A stretch of DNA of 64,000 nucleotides, taken from positions 558,001 through 622,000 of the forward strand of contig NIVC01000366.1 of the NCBI GenBank assembly GCA_002269645.1, read 5' to 3'. Shown here one piece after another: positions 10,722 through 23,698 of the stretch. The notes beneath the pieces are model-generated. The model did no database searches. It was not told the DNA's origin and saw nothing but the letters and a program-made list of their open reading frames with translations. The DNA is from Macrostomum lignano (taxonomy: Eukaryota). The translations under genes were made by a program, and so were the position numbers. Numbering within the stretch: the first letter of the stretch is position 1; every line of letters begins with the position of its first letter.

Positions 10722-13700
10722 ATGCAGAGGCCTGATATTCGAAGTTTTTTAAAAAGACCTAGTTCAGACCCGCAAGAAGATGAAGGTCCAGGCGAAAAAA
10801 ACGATAGCCAGGCGAAAAGGCATAGGGATCAACCAAGCGCCATCTCTACGATTGCGGATCAGGAGTCTGAACAGGATGCTCAACTGACTGGCTCTGAAAC
10901 AAATTTTCCTGGCACTCCTGTTCTAGTTGAGACAGCTACTGCTGCCACTGCCACAGAGTCAGCCTCAAAAAGTAGAACGATTGAGCAACCTTCTTCGAAG
11001 GCCCTGTGTGATATTTCCCAGAATAAGGACAATCCACCCTGTCAGTCATTTTTGCGGAACTACCCAAAATCAGTTGGAACTTCAGGCGGTAAGTGAACAG
11101 TTATTTACATAATACTGTTTGTGCTAATGGTTACTAGTGGCTAGTGCTAGTGGCTAAGGCTAGCTATACTGATATAGATGTATAAAAGTTATTTGTAAAA
11201 ATTCTTCACAGGAACGGATAAGGCAAAGCAAAAGTCCCATTCATTTCAATTCTCGTGGTTTGAGACTTACAAGTGGCTTGAGTATTTGCAAATGAAGGAT
11301 TCTGCTGTTTGCTTTCCCTGTCGCCACTTCGCACCTCCATCTATGCAAGAAGAGCCATCTTTTACTACTCAGGGATTCCGCAACTGGAAAAATGCTCAGT
11401 GTCAGGATGCAGGCTTTAAAAAGCATGCCCGCTCTCATTGCCACAGTTTAGCAATGCAAGCATGGTGTGACTACAAAGTAATGAAAGACACTGAAGGAAC
11501 TGTATTGAAACAGCTTGATGCTACGTACAAAGCTAAGGTAGCTGAGAACAGGCACTTCATCAAGTGTGTAGGAGAAGTATTACTTCTTACAGCAACTCAA
11601 AACATCGCCCAAAGGGGGCATCGCGAAAATGATGAGCAAGTAAGTCCTGGAAACTTCAAAGCATTATTGAAGCTGATTGGCAGGCACGACGAAATAATAA
11701 AGAAGAAGATATCTGAACAGAAGAAGAATGCAAAGTACACGAGTGACACCCCTAGATGAAGTTCTGTTTACTCATTCTTGGCAGATCTGTTCTTACTTAA
11801 ATTTCTTAACAGATCTGTGAATTTTGGTTAACACATTCTTAACAGATCTGTTCTTACTTAAATCTCTTAGCAGATCTGTATCTGCTTTTGTCTTACAAGA
11901 TCTTACAAATCTTTGCAAGCCATTTTTTATTGTTTGGTACGTAAAAAACATTTGTGATTTTTTAGAAAATACTTATGAGGTAAAGAGAAAACAAAATTTC
12001 TAACTGTATATCAGACAAAAGACTTTCGTATATTTTCACATTTCTCTGCTGGATCTTGTCAGATCAGTTCTTGCAGATCTGTACAGACCAGTTTTGAAAA
12101 GTGTCTGAATTGTTTTTTTCCACAAAATATTTAACATAATAGTAATTACGTTTTTTTAATGATTTGTATTTATTTTAGTTGTTCTTCTGGCAGCCAACAG
12201 TAAATGAATTTGTTTAAATATTCTTTCCGCAGTTCTGAACATAGTGGACCCTTATAGTTTGAATTCTCACTCTTGCAATATCCATCATCTCACTTCTTTC
12301 TTTTGACTTAGCCGAATACGTAATTTTTAATTCCTTAAATTGTTTCATAGTGTAGTATCACTATTTTTTACTTTTTTAGCCATAATAACTTTTTTGATTA
12401 AGTATAGCTATGGCTTTCAATGAAGAGCAGATCGCGTCATCAATTAAAAAAATTTGACATAATTGACAGACTGACTATAAAATGTATGATATGCTATATA
12501 TATATCTATATCATATATATATCTAGGCTTGTTTCCTACTCCCAGGCCTATAAGTATGAGTAGGCCTAGGCCTATGACTTTGTTCTATGCTTTAATAGAA
12601 ACAGAATGCATGTCTAGACCTAGTGATGTTGTCCATTAATAATTCATTAATCCATTAATAATTCAGAAATTCAGTTACATACATAGATCAGTATTTTTAT
12701 AGTCTTTTGCATTTCATTATATTATATTTATTTATACATACCTAGTTCTAGCCCCTAGGCTAGGGCTAGGCTAGTTCTAGTGACCTAGCTAGTAAGTAAA
12801 TCTTAATTAAATAGGTCTATTCTGTTTTTGTTTGTTTTATATATGCTTATCTAGATTTATAAATAGGTAGACTGACATATCTGTAAAACTTGGTTTTAAT
12901 CCCTCCTTGATTTTAAACACTTAGGTTAAGAGTGTAATGTCTATTTTTAGTAAATAGTGTTATAACTAGGCTTATCATTTTAATTTTAAAATAAAATAGG
13001 CCCTACTCTACTAAAAATTGTAATTGCTATATAGAGTATAGTTTTTCTAAATTAGAATTAAACCTGGATGCTTAAATATAGGCTTATGGTTGTTAGAAAG
13101 TTATCTTAAGCCTTGACCTACTATTTGAAGATTATAGATAGGCATAGCAAAATCTAAAGTTATTTATACTAGATAGGCCTAGATAAATAATATGAAAAAT
13201 ATAGAATAGAAGAAAAACAGGTCTAAATTTAATTAGACCAAAGAACTTTTACAAAAGTTATTACTCTGACTATTTAAAAACATAACAATGATATTTATTT
13301 TATGTTTTAGTTATTTTGAATTGAATATTAATGTTTAAAATCCTAGAACTTTACTACAATTTTCCCTTTCATTGCAGCTACTTTACATGGTCAATATGGC
13401 ATCGCTACTTATGGGTTCCAAGCTTGTCTTTATACCAAATGGCAAAGTGGCAAGCATCCTATGATTGCTAAAAGAAAAAATGAAGCCAGCCTAAAGTAAA
13501 AATGCAACATGATAAAGAGCCCTAAAGTATTACTAAGAGCTCTTATAGACCTACTTTTATTGATAACAAAGTAAGCTTTCTAGCAATATTGACTTTAAAA
13601 TCTTTTAGTACTGGACTCTTTCAGTTTCAATTATTTGCAAACCAATTTAATTGTACATTGTAGTAAAAGATGCACCTGGTTTTTTTCAAATGTTTCTGCT

Positions 13701-14541
13701 TCTATTTTTTAGTTTCTAAAAGTATTGCTCACCCTAATTTTATTAGTCCATTGTACCATTAGTATTTTTTCTATTGAATGTGTGCTTAACTTTTGTTTTG
13801 AAGTTGACTTATTTTTTGCTTGTGCCATTTCCCTTGTGCATACAAGTTTTATTTCATGAGCATATATGTGTATTTGTTTACATTTTCACAAATAAATATG
13901 TCTACTTTATTTTAATTGTTCAATGACATTTGCTTTTGTTCTGGCAGCTTACTAGCACAATACTAAAAGTGCAGAATCAAATAAGAAAGTCCTGTCATAA
14001 CTCGTGTTCTTTATTGGAATTAAATTAGTGCATTGGGGTTTTATAAATGGATTACTAAACAGATCTTGGAAGATTTGATAAGACGGACAATGCATTCAAT
14101 TGGTAAAGCTTAATACATCTTACAAGATCTGCCCAGATCTCCTAAGATCTGCTCGTGCAGACCGTGCAAGATCTTCCTGCAGATCTTGTAAGTTCTGCCT
14201 ATATATTTTAATAGTGCAGATCTGTTACATTCTTGCAAGAACGTAGCGAGAAGCTCCAGACAGATCTGCTAAGAAATGGCATGACGATTTCATCTAGGGA
14301 CAATTCAAAATGAAGTTATTAACATTCTGGCAGACATGGTCCATGATGTTGTTGTAAATGATATCCAAGAAGCCAAATATTTTTCTGTGATTGTAGATGA
14401 GGCCAAGGATATTTCTAAGGTTGAAATGATCTTAATCATTCGTTTCTACAAGCATTCAGAAGGAGTGCAGGAAGTCTTTATGGAATTTAAACCTGCCTCA
14501 GGACTATCTGCCCAATCACTTGCTAACTCACTAGTAGAAAG
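10722..14541 (+). pseudogene. hAT transposase: exons 10722..11088 and 11212..11749, resuming 14302..14541 after an insertion
   Basis: Phase-1 intron G|GTAAGT...CACAG|G. SFQFSWFETYKWLEY...VCFPCRHF (TTF-type zinc finger), GFRNWK, KKHARSHCH, AQRGHRE...GNFKALL, AKYTSDTIQNEVI...YFSVIVDEAKDISKVE (first catalytic D). Confidence 0.88.
11750..14299. mobile_element. Non-autonomous TIR element, CMC/EnSpm-like (2550 bp), inserted in the hAT transposase
   Basis: TIR CCCTAGATGAA...TTCATCTAGGG; 2-bp TSD AC at 11748-49 and 14300-01; many subterminal AGATCT repeats at both ends; AT-rich interior without an ORF. Removing it restores AGT GAC ACA ATT CAA (SDTIQ). Confidence 0.85.
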
Positions 14542-14620
14542 TAGTGTTCCGCCGCCGCGAGTTTTGACCTCCGTAACCGTAACCGTAGCCGTAAGAAAGA
14601 AGCAACTTCCGTAGTCGAAT
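14542..14620 (+). mobile_element. Probable left end of another DNA transposon (TAGTGTTCC with CCGTAA subterminal repeats) truncating the hAT transposase
   Basis: Abrupt loss of transposase-like coding at GAAAG|TAGTGTTCC, then ccgtaaccgtaaccgtagccgtaa. No matching end with a TSD was found. Confidence 0.45.
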
Positions 14621-16071
14621 TTTGCCGTCATTAAGGGCATTTCCGTTGTTATTGAATTCAAAGTTGACGCTTATTTTGTACGAAACCGTCTTGTCTTAAA
14701 AACAAAACTTTTAGAACAACAAATAATTTCGGCTATTGTCCTGTCTTACACACACTTATAGTTTAAAATAAATGTAATTAAACGATAAAATAGTCGAAAA
14801 ACTTCCACAGTAAATCGATCGCTTTTTAAAGACTGAAATTTTTCTTTTAAAAATAAATAACATTAATTATTAATAAGGACAGAGCAGTGACTCTAAATGA
14901 CATTCCATTGGCCCTACGATGTGGATTGCAGGATTTGCCGATGGAAATTATATGATTTGTAAGGTTCAATGGAAACAAAAAAGTACTGTATAATCATGAC
15001 AATTGTAGTAATTTAACGCACGAATTTGTTGGCATACAGTACCAACAACAATTAAAATATAAGACGCCTCTGAGATGTATGTACATATCCAAGTGGTCCT
15101 AAGTATTCTTCCGGGTGGATCAAGTGTGCGCAAAAACTAAAAAAACAACATGTTTATTCGATACTTTATCGAATTAAAATTGACAAGCATATTAATTATC
15201 TTCAAAAAAGATTCGCTTAATTGTTAATAACATCTGAAATTGTATGTATATATTTAAATATTATTTTGTGTTTGTACTTGTACAGTAAAAAACCATATAA
15301 TTACGTGATATCATATGCAGCGGGCATGCAATAATGCTCGCTGCTATATATGGTTCAAGCAGGGAAGCAGAGGTATACAAATAAAAGTTTATCACAGATG
15401 AGTGCATATCACAGATTTTAAAACTACAGGTGCCTTTCCGCCTCAATTCAATGATGCTCGATTCAGACGCCATGTGGGAAGCCAGTGGACATTGCTAACT
15501 CCTTCGCTCTGGTCAATCGTTGACCATCTACTCGCTCCTTGCGCAGGTAGCTCTCGATTGGTACCAGCAAACGGATGTCTCTGAGTTTGGAAGGGGGGAA
15601 GAGGACTGCATAGCTAGTATAGAGTGCATGTAATTAGGGATTTTTGGGATCTGCTCAAACGGACTGCAGGACTGCTTGATTACATAGATCACAATTGACG
15701 AATAACGACGTCATACAGTGTACTTCGGCAGAACATCGATGAAATTTAAAAGCACTACGACATGTTATATATTGGCGCCTCTTATAGGGTTGTGGCCTCG
15801 ATCGAATCAAAATTCGGTATGCCATTGACCAAAAGTACAGAAACAGCAATATTACCAGCTACTTTAATGTAAAAAATCTCATAATTCCTAAATCTTGCTA
15901 GATAATGTTAATTTGAATTATTTTGTATTGGAATGTTGATGTTGATGTTTTATGTTCGTTCGTTACTTTATTTTACTACTTTTTATTAAGCTAAATTTAA
16001 TATTTACTCTGCCCATGATTTGTATTGCCGAGGCATTTAATGTAGCTACTCGAAGCTAAAACGAAAAAAAC

Positions 16072-17508
16072 CTATTCCAACCTGTCCTCCTCTCGAATGA
16101 AGTCCCTTCCGAGGTTGTCTCGCACCAGATGTAGCCTGCGCGGTCGGCCGTCGCTGTTAGGAGGCAGCGCGGCCAGCAGCTTGACGGTGTAGTCCAGATC
16201 GCCGCTGCGCGTGTAGCCAAACACTCGGAACCGGTTGGTGTCCCGATCCACCTGCGATTCGGCCAGCATCAGGCGCCCATCGTCGGTCACGGTGAAGCTC
16301 CAGCCGTTGCGCAGGTCAGCTGGCAGGCCTGTGGCGCAGAGTAACTCGCTCAGCTCGGTGTCAAACACTGCTAGACCGGGCACAGTGGCTCCGGCGTTGT
16401 CGAGAACGAAGCCTTCGACTGCGACGTAGCGACGTTTAGCAACGACTCGTTCGGCTGTCACCAGACGCTGGTGCGAGAGCTGCAACGGGCTCGGCTGCAT
16501 GTCCGGATACTGCAGCGTTTCAACCACTCCTTTGGCGTAGTGGGGCAGGTACACCTGGATGACAAATCGACAGATTGAGGTGTCTAACTTCATCAGCTGA
16601 CTTCTGTGACAATTATCTTATGCTGGCTCTTAAGCTAATAGGTTCTACTAGCGTATGTATACTAGTACATTGTGAGGCATATGCAAGGCAATGTATATCC
16701 TGGCCCATCAACAGACCACTTCGTTCCGCAATGAGTCGTACTGCTGAAGGAGCGGGTAAAGGAAGCTCTGCTGCTACCGCTGTAGGCGCAACAGTTGCGC
16801 AAATGATTGTCTGCATGCTGATTGAGTTCGGCTAAGTCAACTGAACTTGATGCCTTAAGGTGCGCACTGTGACGCTGTTCAAGGACCTTTTTGACTATGC
16901 TTTGATATTGTCTATGGAGCTTTATGCGTTGGTGCCTAAGATCAACTATCACGATAGCCACCAAAACACAGTTTTATCTATTCTCATACACCAAGACGGC
17001 AGCATGCGATCTTAGCGAATCGATCAAGTTTTTGTGTGCATGTAGCTACGTCCAACAAATTATTGCTTAACCATCTCACCAGTCTCCGGTTAAATTCCAC
17101 ATCGACAAGCCCCAGATCGACTACGCCGTCGCTCCAGCCTCGCTGCCAGACGGTTTTGCCGTGAGCATCCGCCAGCAGCAGATGGCAGCAGCCTCGCCCG
17201 ACACGCTGCGCCAGAAGGCAGCCGTCTGGACAGCAGATCGCCTGGTCAAGCAACGGAGTGGAAACGGCGCTTTGATTGCGAAATTGGATCTCCAAAGCCA
17301 GCGGCGACTGAGACCACCGCTGGGCGTCGTCCAGGAAGTAGACGCTGGACAATTCAAGCCGACTGCCGTCGCGACTGATGGACGTAGCCACCAGGCACCG
17401 GGTCAGACGGCTGCCGGTCTCACCCTCGGGTGGTGCATCGAAGTACAGCGACTGCAGATTTGGCCACAGCTTCTGGCCGGGGAACACGAAAGCAGCAGCC
17501 ACTGACAT
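16072..17508 (-). CDS. Putative divergent beta-propeller (NHL-like) protein, about 333 aa, 2 exons (17508..16990, 16554..16072)
   Basis: Two GC-rich ORFs joinable in phase 0 through GGT|GTATGA and TTTGTCATCCAG|GTG. Beta-rich motifs such as SFTVTDDGRLMLAES...RFRVFGY and ICCPDGCLLAQR...LLLADAHGKTVW. Family assignment is by eye only. Confidence 0.45.
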
Positions 17509-19237
17509 TGCTTAGTCTTCTTTAGAGCGGGACTTCTGTTTGTGTTTAACTAAGGTATGTCTTTTTGACTTATATAAGGCAAACTTCAAGCTTTAAGTTC
17601 GGTATTTAAACAAGCGATGTAGCCTGCATCGTAGAGAGGTAGAGAGAGACAGATATAGATTCAAGCAAATGTACTCAACTACAATATTTAGAAGCTCGTA
17701 GGCGAGGGTGCTAAAGATAAAACGAGTTGAGCGATTGGGCAAGAGCTTTCTCCGACGCTGTGACGCTCCTCAGACTTTGCGCGGTTACTCTTGGCGCTCC
17801 GCTTTTATTTGACCCATCAAAATACGCAGCGGCCTTCATCTCTTTCCTAACTTCTCGCAGGAGTAAGGAGCTTGCTTACCTGCCAGACCACACTGTAGTC
17901 AGGGTGAGCCACGCCCCTGCAAGCTTCAATGGCCATTTGTTGTGTGGAAGCTATAGTATAGAGCAATGCCAGTCTCCATTGTTAATTAAAACGAAAAGAT
18001 CTTGACAGGCTACAAACATTGGCCGTCTTGGAGCCCGGCAGCGGACCGGGGACGATGGGGAATCGCAGAACGGGAGGAGAGAGTGAGAAAAGCTGAGCGC
18101 ACAGTTGGAGTTTGTTTGAAATGAGATCGGAAGTCCTATTGTGTGTCAAATAAAACTTACGCAGCTGCAGCTCTCTTCAGCTCTCGTTGCCTGCTATCTG
18201 TCAGTTAACTTCACAAGTACTGTTTATTGTACACTGTAGCTACACCCTGTACAGCAATCCGATGTCGTGGTACGTCTCTAGCTAATGGTTAGTTTTGCAC
18301 TATACCGACATAAAACATAACTTCAGCCTTCAGTTTTGAACCATACCTGCAACCAAATTTTATTATCTGTCATCCAATTCCGACACTTTTCGACAACAGT
18401 AACACGACAGCTTCGGTTTTCAACCAGTTTAGACTTTTGACAAACTACGATACAGATTCGACAGTTGGAATACATTTCCTACCAACAGTCTATCAGTTCT
18501 AACGATTGCCAAACAATACCGTCAAGAGAGGCATCCAGTTCAACCAGTTGTGACAAACAGAGATTCAGAATCGACACTTTGCATACACGTCTTTCGACAA
18601 TAAGTCAATCCGTTCTAACAATTGCCAACCAGTTTCGTCAAATGGGGTAGAAAGAGCCTGGGAATTATCGTTTTTCTTGTTAAAATTCCGGCACGCGAAC
18701 GAGATTACAGTCCGGCAGGTCAGTCACCTACCAACCGGCTTGAGGGGGTTTGTGTAAAACTGCATATTCGTCGTCTGACCCTCACTTTGACTTTCTGCCT
18801 CTCTCCTGTCTCGTTTCCATCTAACCGCCATTAAGCGACGTTTCGACTCATTGGAAGCGTGTTGATTACACCATTAGTTTGTTCCATTTACTCTATAAGT
18901 AGTCACGACTTAAAATCAATTGTTAATAACGACAGAGCAGTTACTGTAATAAAGTAAAATTGAAGTTACTTTTACCGTATCAATTCTTCATAACCAGCCG
19001 CTGCAGCTTTTGGAGAAAAGTCTGATAGAACTAGAAATACGAGGCTCGTATAGTGCTATTTAAGCTTTAGAACCATGATCACTGCTTCAACTAGGTTTGT
19101 CCAGGGGCTAAGACTGTGGCACACTGTGGCACACAGCGGAGCGAGCGTCGGCATGTTGAACGTTGGCGTGAGCGAAATCGGCGCGGTCGGTGACGTGGTG
19201 CTGCCCGCCGAGCTGCTGCCGCACTGGCCCATACGGT

Positions 19238-20225
19238 TTCGCCATCATGGCGATGTACCGCGATACGAAAGCTGCTGTTTCAACACCGGACGGCCTATCG
19301 GACTTCTTTGAGACATCCTCCGGGGTGCTTCAGGGAGATACGCTTGCGCCATTCCTGTTCGTTCTGGTGCTTGACTGGGTGCTGCGGACCGCTCTTTCTA
19401 CCAATGACGACGGCTTTCTGTTGCGGCGACGCGTGGGTCGACGTCAACCGGAGAGGCGGCTCAGCGTGCTTGGCTACGCCGACGACCTCGCCCTGCTGTC
19501 CTCAACTGTCGAGGGCGCCCAGCGACAACTGGACAAGCAAGTTTCTGTTGCGGCGAGTGTCGGCCTGATGGTCAACACGCAGAAGACCGTCGTGCTCTAC
19601 GTGCCGGACGACATCGAGGCAGCGATTTTGTGTCGAGGCGCTGGTGGACAGGCGACAGAGCTTCCGCGTTGTTAGCAGTTCGTCTACCTCGGCGGTCTGC
19701 TTCCCGGCGTCCGCGAGGATTTGCGGCGTCGCCGCGGGCTTGCCTGGACTGCCGTTTGTTCTGAGGGCAGTCGTGCAGTCCGAGGCCTTACCTGACCGCC
19801 AGAGGGCGGCGTTGTTCCAGGCGGTGATCGAGACCGTCATGCTGTACAATGCCGAGACCTGGACGCTGACGGAGTCGCTCGAGCAACAAGTTGACGTGGC
19901 GCACGTTGGCCTGCTGCGCGCCGCCTTCAAGATCGGCTACGAGCGAGTGACCAACGCGGCCGAGCTGGCCTGGTCCGTTCAAGCGACCTGTTGCGCCGTC
20001 GGCGACTACAGCTGGCAGGCCACATCATTCGCGCTGAGTCGTACTGCCCAGAGCCGGTGCAGGAGGTGCTGCTAACGCCGCAGGCACCCTACCGGCGGGG
20101 GCAGGCGCCCACTCGGCGTTTCGTCGACTGCCTGCTGGATGACGCCGGCGCCCCGGATTCGGCCTGCGGCGTGGCGTTTATTTGCGACCTGGCATTGAGG
20201 CACGCCTGTTGTTGTTGTTGTTCTG
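19238..20225 (+). mobile_element. 5'-truncated non-LTR retrotransposon (RTE-like), RT and C-terminal region, degraded
   Basis: GVLQGDTLAPFLF, LGYADDLALL, GLMVN..KT, FVYLG, MLYNAETWTL, RRRLQLAGH; stops and frameshifts; (TTG)n tail at about 20208-20222. Confidence 0.9.
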
Positions 20226-21288
20226 TTATTAAATTGATATTGTACGCCGGAAAACCTACACGACACGGATCCTCTGAACACTATAGATGTGTCAACTCAA
20301 TTTAAAAAAGACTTCAACGTCAGCTTTTTAAAACCAATCGATTCATTTATGAGGGGCGCGGGAGAGTAAATGTCTTTTGGTTTCTTGAAACCGCCTTTAT
20401 ATTAAGGAAATAGGGGCAAAGCTTCCTATTTTAAGGGTCGGTAATTATAAATAAATTGTTGAGTGAGAAAACAACTCTTTTTGGGCTGACTCTTATTAAG
20501 GTAAAGATCCATGCATGCTTATCCACAAAAAAGTTTCGTGTCCAGATGCTAATATCTAGAAATCCGTGGCTCTGCATAAGGCTGCTAATTGTTTAGCACA
20601 CTCATGCCGTTTCCAATTTATTACAATGTGACCATTACATTGTCACTCTATTAGGATATACTGTATGTCACCCCGGCCCTTCATCGCCTCATTTATTGCC
20701 TTTAACCTGTCCCGCGCATTAAGGCTCACCTGTTAGAGCTTAAAATGTTAGATCAATAAAAACTATAACGAGGGCAACGTTTTTATTTGAGCAAAATAAT
20801 TGACAGAATTGCGTGGACCTGGAGCCTGGGTATCTGGCTGTCCTTTATAAATTAATGATTGTTGAGTTGGGTAGTTAAGATACTGTCACTGTCGTAATGC
20901 ATGCATGCGATCAATGATGCATGCGTGAGGTCAAGCAGCGAACCCCACCCCCTCCTAAACATCAATAAACAGCCTGAAAGGGCCAGTCCTCCTCTCCGCA
21001 TCCTTTTTTCTCATTGGTGGTGTGCCTCGTTCGTCAAATAACTATATTAAAACAAATGTAGCTTCGTTTACTTTAATTAAATTCCCTTAGTGTTAATCAG
21101 TAGGAAGTTTTGTCAACTGCGTTTATGTAACTACAGGCGTTATAAGTTTAGAAAAGTCACCCAGCTTCTCTACATAGGAATCAGGAAGCATAAAAAGAAA
21201 CAAAGGAAATCGACTGCTGGACCACCCACAGCTAGCGCAGATGCTCACTTAAGAATGAGAAGACAACCTGAAAGACACCACGATCCAG

Positions 21289-21332
21289 GGGTGGCGCTAC
21301 CAGGGGGGATGGTGACATGTCCCCCCCCCCTG
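21289..21332 (+). mobile_element. Isolated hAT-like terminal sequence
   Basis: CAGGGGTGGCGCTACCAGGGGGGATGG...CCCCCCCCCC resembles the 10064 end; no partner end seen. Confidence 0.35.
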
Positions 21333-21444
21333 TTGAAGCTATGACCCGCTATGGAAATCGATTATTTTGCTTCAGGGCATCAAAATATATGAGTGCCTCT
21401 CTGCGGCGCCCAAATACCTACAAATACCTACAAATACAACACCG

Positions 21445-21782
<338 letters not shown>

Positions 21783-22041
21783 AGGTACATAGAAATAGAT
21801 TAGGATTAAACTTGACATTCCAGTCCAGCAGTTCAAGCAACAAAATGATAGCAGTCAGTAAGCCACATTTAGAGGTTAAGCAGACAGCCAATTGCGTTGC
21901 TGCTGTGCAACAGTGTTGCGAGAGCCAACGCTTATTAAGAGCTGAGGCTTCCTCGGGCGATGCTTGGTCAGAAAATATAGTTCGTTGACTAAAAATACAA
22001 TAAGACTTTTAGGCTGTCTTCTACAAGAGAGGTACTGGACC

Positions 22042-23148
22042 ATGTCAGGCAGCAGGCTAGAAGCAGGTAAGTGCATACAACATCCGAAAGCCTGGGGTTG
22101 CTGAATTACGAGTAATTAGTTTCAACTTTTCGCCTTCCTCAATTGTCCCCCAGGTTCGCTGCTAGTGGCCAAAGCTTTTCTGGCTCTCACAACTATGGTG
22201 GCAGCGACCTCCGGATCCGTCTGGAGGCTGGCGGACGTGCAGTGCGCTCCAGAGAGCACCAGCGCCACAGCTGCCTTCCTCCGGTTTGTGGCGACCAGGG
22301 AGACTCACTGTGTCATGATGGCCTCCGAGAAGGCGCCCACAGGAGCTCTGGTGGCTCAGTTCGACAAGCTCTCGCGAACATGCTCCGTGTTCGAATTTCA
22401 ATCCGTGTGCCGAGCTCTGACCTCCGGACAGTCGGCCAGCTGCGCTGTGTTTTACCGATTTCCAATCAATCACCGGTCGATGAACGCCAAGCTCAATAAC
22501 GTGTGGCTGGGGGACAGCGTGAGCAGACTGGAGAACCTGGTGTGCCAGGCTGACCGGGACACGAACCGGCTGCATCCGGTGGGCGTTGCTTGGAGCAGCG
22601 ACGGTGCCGCGTTCGACGGAGTGAGCGCCTTCGCCCAGCTGAACAAGTCCGACATCAACTTCACGACTGGCCTCGCCTGGCTGCTGAGGATCAAGAGGCA
22701 GCCCAGACAGCAACCCTACTTTGATTTCAACGACTGCAGCACCTTGGGACAGGCCGTGATGTACACTGCTCATTTTTGGGAGCATCCCACTCCAAGACAA
22801 GCCTACCTTCGACTGGGTGAAGTCACTGAAACTCTGCTGCAAAGTCACGAGACACCTGTAGACACCCTGCCTGCCGGAACTGACGACTGGGTAAACATCG
22901 GGTTCACCACTACCGCCTCTGGCGACTTGAATGACGTGTTCTTCGGCAATTCTTTCCTGCCCAGAGCGAGTATCAAAAAATTGAATGAACCAAGCAGTCC
23001 CATCAGTAATATGTGCATGCTCTTCGGGATGCGAGTGGGCACTCCAAGCAACTACATGTTTAATGGGACCCTGCAAGCTCTGGCCATGGCTAGCGCCTAC
23101 ATGTCCGAGGCCGAGATTCGCCAGTTTTTCGAACTGTTCAACGAATAA
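22042..23148 (+). CDS. Secreted protein with PAN/apple-like and LamG/ConA (pentraxin)-like regions, 2 exons (22042..22066, 22154..23148), about 339 aa
   Basis: ATG TCA GGC...GCA G|GTAAGT and CCCCCAG|GT join in phase 1 to give MSGSRLEAGSLLVAKAFLALTTMVAATSG (signal-like). Cys-spaced HCVMM...FDKLSRTCSVF; C-terminal WVNIGFT...FNGTLQALAMASAYMSEAEIRQFF resembles the end of LamG/pentraxin domains. Domain calls are by eye. Confidence 0.65.
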
Positions 23149-23698
23149 ACCATAAAGTCAATGGTTTGAACATTTTTTTACGAGCTGAACGCAAATGATG
23201 AGGGTCGCACTTTATTTGGATAAAATTGTTCTCCTGTTTTTGCGTCCAGAATTATTCTACTGCTAGTAGCACGCTCTGAGTTTTCTCTCAATTTACCCTT
23301 TTTTTATCTGTACATTTTTTTATTCTATTATAGTACGTGGCGGTGGATTAGTTTAATCTTCGGATTAGCTGATTTCAACTTTTTTCTGTACATAATTGTG
23401 TTAGGTTTTTGCTCGCGTAACTTTTTACTCTAACCCTTGTACACAAAGCGCTGACCAATCTTGACCTTATTTTTCATCGATTTTTCTATAAATTGTCACT
23501 TTATATTTAGCAATGCGTATAAGCTTGTCTCTATCTTTTTAATGCAATTTACCCGTTACGCGCATATAGATGTACTTGCAAAACATTGTGAAATGCAGGA
23601 AGTTAACCTATTTTGAATTAAGTTATAATGTAGCCTACAGTATTTAGAAGTAATTGTAACTGAGTCACAAATATTTTTCTATCTGCATGCACTTTGTA

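Larger units (their letters stand above)
10064..14541 (+). mobile_element. hAT transposon (TTF zinc finger / DUF4371, ZMYM1-like), left end plus interrupted transposase; 3' part missing
   Basis: Left end CAGTGGCGCGTCCAAGGGGGGGGCCAGGGGGGGCCTGGGCCCCCC at 10064, followed by transposase exons. No right TIR was found in the window. Confidence 0.8.

Noticed and set aside
15430-15546. Possible isolated 117-nt exon (AG|GTGCC...GCAG|GTAG)
   Set aside because: No partner exons or recognisable peptide.
14542-20283. Single 5.7-kb transposon bounded by TAGTGTTC...GAACACTA and carrying the propeller ORFs
   Set aside because: Only 8 bp match, and the flanks (GTAGAAAG versus TAGATGTG) give no TSD.
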